Position numbers and translations under genes: made by a program. DNA of 31,879 bases from Spirogloea muscicola (lineage: Eukaryota). The stretch spans positions 1,148,956 through 1,180,834 of the forward strand of contig WELB01000002.1 in NCBI GenBank assembly GCA_009602725.1, in the 5' to 3' direction. The notes beneath the pieces were generated by a model. It was given only the letters and a program-made list of their open reading frames with translations. It was not told where the DNA came from and did no database searches. This document shows, one piece after another, positions 13,598 through 24,042 of this stretch (position 1 is its first letter; each line of letters opens with the position of its first letter).

Positions 13598-16500
13598 GTG
13601 CACCTTTGGCAAGGACGGCATTGTCACGGCGTCCCGCGACAAGAACCTCTGCTTGTGGTCTCCAGCAGCGAGCGATGGTGGCCGTAGCTACAGTGTCGCG
13701 GTCACGTTGGTGGGGCACACGAGCTTCGTGGGCGCGGTCGCTGAGGCTCCGCAGGGCCGCGTGGTATCCGGCAGCATGGACGCACGGGTGCTGCTCTGGA
13801 ACGCGCAGTCGGGCGCGTTGCTGCAGGACCTCCGGGGCCATGAGCTACAGGTGACTGGCGTCGCCGTCACAGCTTCAGGCGACGTCGCGTCCTCCTCGGT
13901 GGACAAGTTAGCGGCAAACCCTTAAGCCCTGGAGGTCATGAAGACCAAGTCAGCCTCGACAGAGTCAGGAAGCGCAGTCTAAGGATTGGCAAGAGGGTGG
14001 CATGCCAGGACTGTGAGAGTTTGGCGCGACGGCAGCTGCATCGACGTCCTTCATGGACACGAGTCCTCTGTGCTGGCCGTACTCGCACTCCCTAGCGGCG
14101 AGCTTGTCAGCGGTGAGCACTGCTGCTGTTGGCAAGAGCCTGGAGGGCGCTGGTGGCGCAGGTGCCATGCAATAGCCAGGGTTGATGTTCTCCATCCCTG
14201 AGCTTGCCTGGATTTGTGTCATCACTTCAGGCTCTGGAGACTGCACAGTGAAGGTGTGGCGAGGCTCGTCCTGCATACAGACCCTTCGTGGTCACCAAGG
14301 TGGTAAAGAGCGGGCTTCCTGCACTGCCTCTGACTGCGAAGCTGCACTACCATGCTAGGATTTATTTTTCTTTTATTTTTCTTCCACGGACCAGGAGTTG
14401 CTGACCTTCCTGTCCTGCATCAAAAGCTTCTGACTTGCCCGTTGACTGCCTTCAAGGCTGAGGGCCCAGGCTTCAGGCAGGGTTTACAAGTCTCAAGCTT
14501 TGTTTCTGGGTTATTCAATTTTTGCAGAGCTATTAGCGGCTCCAGAAATGATCTGCTATACCCAGTAGCAGTCATGCCCCCTCTGAGGCATGTAGGATTT
14601 CGATTTACCAGAGGCCAAGCCTTTGCCCAAAGCCCTGAATCCTGCCCAAAGCGTCAGCCGCTTTAAGATGACAATACATCTGAGATGGTTGCAGACTCCG
14701 TGCGAGGGTTGGCGCTCATGCCCGGCATAGGCATCCTCTCAGCCTCCCATGATGGGTATCTCACAAGCCTCTCGATGCATCTTGCCGCCTGCTGCAGCCA
14801 CCTTGGCACCTGCTACAATTCGGCACCTTTGTCAATGGTGGTGATTGACAGCAACATGTATCGTTGCATTTCTGCAAGGCGGCTTGCTAATGTTGGCACG
14901 ACGTTGTGATAATTCACAGAAAGGATATAGATAGTCAGTATGTCCTGCTCTTACCCGCCAATATTTTCATTTTTGAGAAAACAATGCTCTTGCTGCCTCA
15001 TGTGCTGTGCAGGTCCGTCCGCTTGTGGGCTCAGAGTGGTGAGCTGCTCCTGGAGATGGTTGGTCACAAGGCGCTTGTGTACTGTGTTGCGGCAGGCGCG
15101 GCTGGCGAAGTCGCCTCTGGCAGTGAGGACAATACTGCGAGGATATGGCAAGGTATGCTTGTCAGTGGACCACTTACCTTGTTCGACATTACCACACTAC
15201 ATCTCAGCATGTATGCTTGTAACCTTGTAAACACTGGAGTCTTCATTTCAACTTGAGCTGGACAATAGATTTCCTTGTCCATTGTGGTCAATAGTTAGCT
15301 GCTCGACTCACTCTAGGATTTAAATTGCTTAAGGCATTGCTGTCAAATGTGCGGGGTGTTGCAGATGGGCAATGCAAGCAAACGATCGACCACCCCGGTT
15401 GCATCTGGGCTGTGACATATCTTCCTGGCGGCGACCTCGTGACTGCGTGCTCCGATGGTGTTGCGAGGGTCTGGACAAGGGACGCCTCCAAGCGCGCTCC
15501 GCCTGATGAAATTGCTGCCTATGAGGCTCAGCTTGCCACACGCCCAGGGTGAGGGCAGGCAATGTCTGCGCCCTGCTGCCAAGCTAGACTACTTGGAGCC
15601 GTAACTTGGTTGTCAATTGTGGGACAGTTCTCCCAGCCAACGGATTATAGAGTATTGTGCTCTGCCGTCATTTCTCGACCTGAAGCTTGTGTGTCAGCGT
15701 GCGCCACAGCAAGACCGTGGGTGGTGTGAAAGTAGATGACCTTCCTGGGCCGGAGGCCCTCAAAGAGCCAGGTGCCTGCTTGGCTATGACATGCTGCTTT
15801 GTATGCAAAGTATGAAAGTCGTTCAGTGTTATGCATACTCACTGTATTTGCACCTAAAAGATGGACTGGTGCTGGTTACTGAGGTGGACTTTGGATTGTT
15901 GACGTGCCCAAGCCCTGACTTCAACTTCTATCTTTTCAAATTCTGCCAGGCAAAAAAGATGGTCAGATCAAAATATTCAGGGAAGGCGGCTCTGGTGTTG
16001 CTTACTCTTGGAACGCAAAAGAATATCAATGGGACAAGGTAGGCATGAAATGCTGAAGCAATGCAGGAGTGCAAATTCTGCTTGGTGAGAGCTTGGATGA
16101 AATACGTGAATCTGAAGACGTGTGTCTCTTCAGCTGGGCTGACATCTCCAGCATTTTGTCAGACGAATCACACTTTGACTGGAGATGATTGCAAAACAGC
16201 AGCCTGGATGCGATGTTATCTGCTTGCTCATGCTGATAGGCACTCCAACTGCAGATTGGCGAGGTTGTAGACAGGCCGGAAGATGGATCACAGGGCAAGG
16301 AGCTTGATGGAGTCACTTATGACTTTGGTGGGCCTCGCTGACACATATTATACTTGGAAGGCCCTTCTTATCATTATTGACAGTTGCAGGCATTGACTGG
16401 TCGCTAAGTACTTGCATGCTGCAGAGTCCTGGGTCTTGCTAGGAGGGAGGACAATGTCCAGCGGTCTCTTTGGCGCTTTAGGCTATCACACATGTTGCGG

Positions 16501-19500
16501 CAAAGTCCTACTTCTGTGTTTCTACAGGAGGAGAGCTATCTCCAGCAGTCTCTTGGGTTGCTATACAATTACAAACTAAAGTTCGTATTCCCTGCCCGAC
16601 ATGTGCAGTGTTTGATGTGGACATTGGTGACGGTGTTCCGCACCGAAAATTGCCTTACAACCGAAGCGGTACAAGCCTTGCCAGCATTGAGCTGCACATA
16701 AGTGCCTTGCCTTGTGCGCAAGGATGAAAGCAAAAGCAACAGAGCACATGTGTTATTGAAATTGTGCTCTCACTTGACTTTGCATATTCACCTTACGTGC
16801 AAGGTCGGCTTGGAGCAGCATGCGTGCAAAGTAGGGACTTTCCCATTGATTTTAAGATTCAGAGCAGCTTATCAAATCTTATGGATGCCTCGCATGAAGC
16901 AGCAATATGATATGCTCAAATGTTGACTTCTTGCAGAAAACCCATATACAGTAGCAGACAGGTGGCTGGTCGAGCAGGATCTGCCAATAGGCTACAGGGA
17001 GCAAGTTGTTCAGTTTATCATCTCTAATGCAGGAGGCCCTTCTCCTAGCCTGGACGATGCCGTTGCCAATCCATACACAGGAGGTGGGTGGCACCTGACA
17101 GCAGCCCTGTTTATCACTTCTGTTGTTTCAATGAAGGAGCTTCCAATTGACTCAAACACATTATAAGCTCCAGTGGTTTGGGCTTGCATTCAGGCAATGC
17201 ATACGTGCCTTCAAGCAGACAACCCTCATCGAGCTTTGGTATGTTCCTGTCCATCCCATAAATAGGCACCTTGAGCAGCTAATGCTGACCTTCGCTTCTG
17301 TTGCTGCATCTTGTGCATAACAGTGGTGGGTTCATCTGATGCAGTTGGTGTTTTGGTCTTCACTTTGTTGTTGACCTTGTTAATCGTAGTTGCAGGTAGC
17401 ACAACAATGGTCACAAATCCTGATCCTTACACTGGCAATCAGAGTGAGCATACACCCTGTCAAACCAATCTCCGGCGTTGATTCTTCGGGCATTTTAAGT
17501 TCTGCTTCCAATGGAGGCATACGATATTGCCATTCACCCTCATTGCTCGGGGCATGTATTAGTACTGGCTTCAAGCTTCAGCTCACTGTCCTTCCTTGCC
17601 TGCACTGCCTGGGTGGTTCAGGCACCCATCAACCAGCAAAAGCAAGCAGCAACCAGAATGCGAGCCTCCTCCATATTCCCAAGGTTATTGCTAACATCTG
17701 CTTACTTTCAATCTATTTTGGGCAATGTCTTACCTTATGTCAGGTCAGAAAGTCAGATATCAGGTCATACATGCTTTAGCCAATAATCGTTGACCAGACG
17801 GCCTTTGATGCTTTTCTGCTCAAGCAGATGGCATGTATTGTGTATACAGCATGCATGCAGGCTTGAATGTGGTCATAACAAAAGCTCTGCATTGGCACAT
17901 GGTTTATCCGCATTCTGCGCACTCAATATATTGGAGGACGGTGCTGTGATATTGCAGAGGGGATTCCTTGCTTTTGATACTGCACAATATGACGGCATAC
18001 TGAAGAAGATGCTGGACTTCAATGCCACTATAGCGGCCTCTGACGATGTATTACCACAACAAGCACAACCTCGTTGCTTTGGGTTACCCTAGTTGCCTTT
18101 TTGAGCTGCACTTTGACGTCTCTACCAGCATTGACATAATGGCCATACTTCACCCACCAATAAGTTGCATAAGCACCTCTGTGTGGATAGCTCACAAGTC
18201 GCATCCGTCACTTAATGTTGTTTTCTTTTCCTGCGGTCAGGTGTCAATCAGGACGTCAGCAATGACAAACTCTGACATGCTGAGGTTGCAAGCCATGCTT
18301 GACGTCCTCAGGGAGAGCAGCCAAAGCCAGTCTTCTACATTTGCAGACGTGGACTTCACGCTGCTCATCAAAGTCCTCCTCTCTTGGCCTACCGCCAACT
18401 TATTTCCTGGCAAGTGAATGCACAGGCTGTTATCTGAATCTCCAATTTGAGAATCTGAGTGATTGACCTCTTTGCTCTGCCTGTCTGGTGTCAACTGAAT
18501 GAGATTGTTCTTTGACCCTTGCTCCATTGCCCTTCTTACCATGCATGCGCAGTGCTGGATGTCCTGCGTATGATGCTTCTCAACCCCCAATGTGCTGAGC
18601 ATTTTGCATCACTGTCAACCACACAAGGTGATGTAGTGCAATGTGCGGCACATATAACTAGAAGCAATGGATTCTCAATGAATATAGTTTGCTTGACAAG
18701 TACAAGATTGACATGGCACTCTTTTGGCAGCACAACTTCTGGCTATTTTGGTGTGCAAATTGGTCAGTAACAGGGCTCACTGGATTGCAATGGCTATTTT
18801 GGCAGGCCTTCTTCTGCAGGTGTTTCAGCGAGCTAGCTCTCCACCAGCACTTCCTGCAAATCTCTTGACAGCTATCAGGGCAGCTGCTAATTGCTTCAAG
18901 CAGGAACCCCTCAGGTTGTGGATGGGCAAGCATGTATCTGAGGTGTCCATCTGTACCCTCTCCAAGATATTTGGTACCTTGCAGATTAGCACTTGTCAGA
19001 ATGAGATTCTCAAGAGTCCGGGTAAATTGCCATCCTATCTGAAAATTAGCAGCACAAATATTATGTAGATCCCCAGGTCCCATCACCAGGCTCCTCATTG
19101 CTAGCTTACAAGCTGATGATGTCATGTCAAAATTTGCTCTGGCTCTAGCCAAGGTGTTTATGTTTTGTTTGTCATTTTCTTTGAAACAGGTATTAGATCT
19201 CTTTGCTGATTGTGTGGGTTCAGCCAATAAGAACATACGCCTGGCTATTTCAACCTTGATTCTCAAGTGAGTCCTTCATTCAAATCCTGCCACAGAGCGT
19301 CACAGGCATAGCCTGTGGGCACTTGCATGACCCTGCTTGTCGTATGCTGATGATGCCCCTTGTGCTGCTCAAGCCATTTGTAATATGCAGCCAGTTCTGT
19401 GCATGAGCAGTTCCTCATTGTTAGCTTTGGAGGTTCAAGACAGCAGCTTGAAGGTGCAGACGCTCTCTGCTGCAATGGAGGTAGGTAGACGGATGCAACG

Positions 19501-19921
19501 TCTTGCGACCATTCATTGCACTACGCTTGAAATGTAGCACACTACTGGAATGGGTGGAGAAATGTCGTGAGCACTTGCAAGCAGAACTAACGCTGCTAGA
19601 GGCTCTGCTTGTTGTATCAGATATCTGCCTCATATGACGATGATTCAGAGAGTCTTTTTCGAGCTCTTGTCGCTTTGGGGACACTGGTGAGTTTCTTTCT
19701 TAGCATGACGGGCCACACTTGCTATGCTTCTTGTGTCGAAGTTTTGGGATCACACTGTTGCATCACACCAAGTGGAAACCCTGTCACACCAGATTCATGG
19801 AGGCGATGTGAAGGATGTGGCATTGGACTTGGGAATTGAGGACGTAGTCAAAGCACAGGAGAAGTCGGGAACAAATAAGATTGCGCAAGTAGCAAAGGAG
19901 ATAGCATCCCTATTGAAATAA
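13331..19921 (+). CDS. PLAA: Phospholipase A2-activating protein / Doa1-Ufd3 homolog (WD40 + PFU + PUL), multi-exon
   Basis: Exon 1 13331-13420 (YQLRCELRGHADD) and exon 2 from 13587 (VRAVC..TASRDK..GHTSFV..SGSMD), followed by further WD40 exons. PFU domain: WDKIGEVV..YDFVFDVDIGDG..KLPYNRSENPY. PUL domain: FDTAQYDGILKKM, WPTANLFPVLDVLRM, FRALVALGTL. TAA at 19919-19921. Confidence 0.93.
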
Positions 19922-21039
19922 GCTTGCCATAGCTGGAGGCCAGTCAAACAGCACAGACAATTCCATGCACATCAATAGACGTGAGTGGCTGGAAGCCATG
20001 TTACAGAGTATGTAGAATATTGCGGTGCCATTGCACCTCGGACTGTAGATTTTTCCTGAGCCCAATCTGGCACGCTGAGCTCCAAGCTAGCCAGGAGATT
20101 GTCTTTAACATCCGCAAACCTCACCCACGTTTTACCCTTTGCAGCTCATACAAATCTCCTGACCTCCCTCCGACTCTAATCAAAATTAGAACGGATTGTT
20201 GATTCTAAAAGCATGAGGATGGCACCTGTGGCGGAGGCACTGAGAAGTCTCACAATGTGAACTATTCGAGCTCTGGCAATAGCTAGGACTAGGTGGACAT
20301 AAGGAAGAAATTGTGAGGCTAGATTATGTGCGCCGGCGGATAACAGTCGCTTCTGTAAGCAGCTGACAGTACTTGCCGCTCTCACAACGTCAAGCACTTA
20401 CTATTTCTGTTCAGGTGCTTGGTAGCAGGGTGTACTGTCTGGGAAGAAACCCTGCCTGTTATACATTACTCAGTAGTCTTGTAGCATGGTCTGATATATT
20501 AATCTGTTGCATCATTGATTATGTTGTGCAATTTGTGCTGCTCGGAGCTCTCACGACTGCCATCAGCACCCATCATAGTTCTCAGACATGCTGCAGACCG
20601 GCCTCTATGCAGTTTCAGTCTGAGGCTCTCAGGCTGAGCACCAGCTCCGGCAAGCATTCTTCAAAAAGTAACAAACATTCTTCAGTCATTTTTCGACCCT
20701 CTCAATGATGTACTCATTTCGGCTGGCCGTTCAGGAAGAGGCAGCAGCTCTTCCAAAGGGCCATACAGAGCTACCACGCAGTGGAGCCTGTCGATGAGCG
20801 CTTGTGGAGGCCAGATGACCGCGTATGGGGCAAGGGACTGTTGCTACGCAACTCAACAATGAAAGAGAAATGTGGCATTTGCATCAGCGAAGTGGACTGA
20901 AGGAGGAAGCAAAATAGAGTGCATCAACAGCAAAATAAGCTGGCAGGGGGTCCCAGCCCAGGAGATGCAGCACTACTGATAGGATTTTTTTGTCTCTATC
21001 TTTCCTCTAAGAGTGTGTAAGCGGCTACTGCTGTTGAAG

Positions 21040-21790
21040 GGCGGCTGTGAAAGCGAGCCGCGTGCATGAAAGAAAGAAAGTGCTCGCCCACAGAAAAAGG
21101 GGGCCAGCCAAGCCAGCCCGGAAAGAATGGACAATGTTCGAAAGCCAAAGAAAGAAAACACGCACAGCTAGGCAGCTAGACAAGAAGACACGACGAAACC
21201 ACAGGAAGCTCAATACCCACGGGTGAGCAACATCAGGTCAGAGTAGCATGAAAGAATCGATGCACTCTAATCACGTGTAGACAAAGTGAGCCGCGTGCGG
21301 ACAAACACTTATGGAGTTTATGTACATACAAAAGAGTGGCGTAGCTGCAAATCGGGCAGCTTCCGCTCAGTACCCCGGGTTCAGCAATCGGATTCAAACG
21401 GGCTGAGGAAGGTGCACCCCGATGCAGAGCACGAGCTGCTGCATGGACACAACTGGCAAGGTGAATGCGGCTGCTGATATTTAAAGAGCGGCTGTGAAAG
21501 CCAGCCAGATACATACAGGTATTCATGACGGAGCCACAGGCTAGAAGAAGTGGCACTCCTAATGGGGGCAACGGCTGCGAAAAGCCAGCCCAAAAAGAAT
21601 TGACAAAGGTCCGGAGGGGCCTACAAGCGTGTACCAGCTACAAAGGGGTCGGAAGATGCTATGTCAGATCAGGGGGAGGATGGATCACTCAGTAGTTATG
21701 AGTGAGGAGCCTCAGATCCGACAGACTAGCTGCCGGAAAACTATCCCCCTGACGAAAGCGGGAGGCCGCAGCGAGACAGACATGGCAAGG
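21040..21790 (+). repeat. Cluster of degenerate copies of an unclassified modular repeat with a GGCTG-N-CAGCC hairpin core, upstream of the SICKLE-like gene
   Basis: Cores at 21042-21060, 21101-21120, 21490-21506 and 21573-21590. Flanking motifs GAAGTGGCACTCCTAA, CCCAAAAAGAATTGACAAAG and ATCACTCAGTA match the 27315-27788 units. Confidence 0.7.
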
Positions 21791-22216
21791 TGGTGAGAGG
21801 CAATGGGATTGGGCTAGCCCGAGCGACAGAAGGACACTTGCGAGTGCACAATACACAACCCCGAGGCAACGAAGCCGCCTTGCGGCTTGCGCCCTTGCGG
21901 CTTTCTGCTCGTGGTGCAGCACAGCTCAAGAGGTCAGCAGGCCGGGCGAGAGGAGGTTAAGACTAAGCTCCCAGCGTCCAGACTCGGGCTGCTGCAGAGC
22001 CTGCAGGCGAGAGCCCCTTGATGGCGACGTAGCATTCAGTTGCCTCAGCCCTTCCTACATACCGTAGTAACAAAATTCTACATTCACTTATAGTGACACC
22101 TCGTCTTTCTCCTCCTGGCTGAGCCGCTCTGTTAATGTCAGCAGCCGCTTTCTTCACTTCCTCTTCACGAGAGCCCACAACGCCCAACTCGGCTCCGCCA
22201 GGTCCCGCCGAGGTCG

Positions 22217-22218
<2 letters not shown>

Positions 22219-22263
<45 letters not shown>
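22219..22263 (+). repeat. (GCC)15 microsatellite at the 5' end of the SICKLE-like gene
   Basis: Uninterrupted GCC run. Confidence 0.95.
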
Positions 22264-22264
<1 letters not shown>

Positions 22265-22373
22265 ACACCGCACAGCCGCTGGTCCTGGCCTTGAGCGGCC
22301 GAACGCAGCGGCGGTGGGGCTCGCGGGCGGCGCCACCGGGCCCCCACCGCCAGCACTGGGCGAGCCCTTCCCA

Positions 22374-23147
22374 ATGGGCGGCCTTGGCGGCGGCGTGGCG
22401 GCAGGCGCGGCGCAGGGCTTCGCATACTACACAAACCCTCTGGCGGCGTACGCGCCGAAGCCTGGCGGGGCCTCCACACAGTGGCGAGCGCCCCAGGCTG
22501 CGCCACAGCAGCCTCTGATCCCGCAGCTGCAGGCGTCGCCACAGCCAGGCGCGCCCTTCTTTGCGCCGCCAGGGCGGCCAGAGAACCACGGTGGCGCCAT
22601 GCCGGCTCCCACGGACCCTCGTGTGGGAGCGAGCTTCGGACGGGGAGGCCCGTGGCGGCCCCCCCATCAGCCGAGGCCGCCTCGGCAGTTCCGGCCTTAC
22701 GTGGGCCAAGGCCACGATGGTGCCGGCATGGCTGGCCGAGCTGGTGGTGGCAGCAGCTTCATGGGTACGCATCGCGGCGGCTTCCCAGGTGGGGCTCAGC
22801 CTGGTGGTCAGCTCCTTCGCCCAGATGGGCGGCAGGACGGACGGAGTCGTGGTGGCCGTGGTGGCGGGGGCCCGTCGAGGGGCCCAAAGGCCCCGCGGCA
22901 CGGCGGCGGCGGCGGCGGCGGCGGCCATGGCAGCGGCGGTGAGGTGTCGGCGCGCGAGAAGCCCCACCTGTTCTACAACAAGTCCATGGTGCAGGACCCC
23001 TGGAAGGACTTGCTCGCGGCCCTGCCCCCAGCTGCAGCATCCCCGTCGCACCCTCCGCTACAGGCTACGCCAAACCCTGGCCGTGAAACCAGCAGCAAGA
23101 GCTCTGAGGGCTTGGAAACAGATGCCGCAGCAAGCAACTTGACCTGA
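22374..23147 (+). CDS. SIC: SICKLE / MPLKIP-like Gly/Pro-rich protein, no intron seen; true start uncertain
   Basis: N-terminal FAYYTNPLAAY resembles the SICKLE FDYYTDPMAAY motif. C-terminal EKPHLFYNKSMVQDPWKDL matches the SICKLE/MPLKIP 'SMxEDPW' motif. The middle is a low-complexity G/P/R region. First in-frame ATG is at 22374, but the frame is open further upstream. Confidence 0.75.
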   Translation: MGGLGGGVAAGAAQGFAYYTNPLAAYAPKPGGASTQWRAPQAAPQQPLIPQLQASPQPGAPFFAPPGRPENHGGAMPAPTDPRVGASFGRGGPWRPPHQPRPPRQFRPYVGQGHDGAGMAGRAGGGSSFMGTHRGGFPGGAQPGGQLLRPDGRQDGRSRGGRGGGGPSRGPKAPRHGGGGGGGGHGSGGEVSAREKPHLFYNKSMVQDPWKDLLAALPPAAASPSHPPLQATPNPGRETSSKSSEGLETDAAASNLT

Positions 23148-24042
23148 TAGAAGGCTCGCTTTGCTGAGCCAGCCCCTGACTTCTGCTTGTTGAGCACAAG
23201 CACAGCAGCCTTCGTCCTCGAAAGCCGTCCAACCAGCACTACTACGCTGCCTCTTGGTGAGCCCTCCCTCATCACGGGCACGTAGTCTACCCTGCCACCA
23301 ATGGCTTGCTTAAATTGTTGCACATCAATTGGCTCTCTGACCTGCCTGCTACTCTCACCAGCTAACAGACCTTTCCGTCCATTGCCAGGGGCGTGTTCCT
23401 GTAGAGGAGGAGCACAAAGTCTCCACTACTTACAGCATAGTCACCTGCGGATGACGTTGACCAGCTCGGCAGAGGGTAATGTGTGTTGCTCCGGACATCA
23501 TCCATGATGGCCTGGCTCAGGCTACGACACAGCCTACCGCAGCTGACGCAGGCTGAATTGGAATTACGGGAGATGCTGACTGTGCTCTCTCAGCTGCTGT
23601 TCGCTGCACTGCAGTGCGCAGTGATAGCAAATCTGAAAAGCAAGGCATTGGCTGGTTCTCCATGCTTTGAGGGTTTGCTAGATCAGTACAGCAAGTTGCT
23701 AACGTAGAAGCAATGAAGCCAGGAAGGATCCTCATCATATTGCTCAGCAAGTCCTGCGAGCTAAGCGAGATGCAAAGCCAGGCTCGGCACACTTGCAAGC
23801 ACAAGGTCTCCTTAAGTCCTTTTAATGGACGCAGAAGGATATCCTGGCGCCTCCCTGACTGACAAGAGCCTCATCTAATGTGCTTTAAGAGATATTACTA
23901 GGAGCCCCGCAAGTGTGCCTTGCACTGAGCGGCTCTTCGTCTAAGAGCTGGCCAATGCAAGCCACACTTGCCGCTCATGGTGCAAGTGCAGAGGCGGCCA
24001 AAAAGCCATGTCATAACAGCTCCTGCGATGGCTTGCGGTCTC

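Noticed and set aside
21749..21777. Functional hammerhead ribozyme (CTGACGA ... GAGAC)
   Set aside because: The GAAA core is absent, stem II and cleavage-site spacing are non-canonical, and CTGACGA is not conserved in other copies of the repeat. Kept only as a low-interest structure.
21963..23051. 362-aa antisense ORF
   Set aside because: A shadow ORF of the GC-rich SICKLE-like CDS with no recognisable domain.
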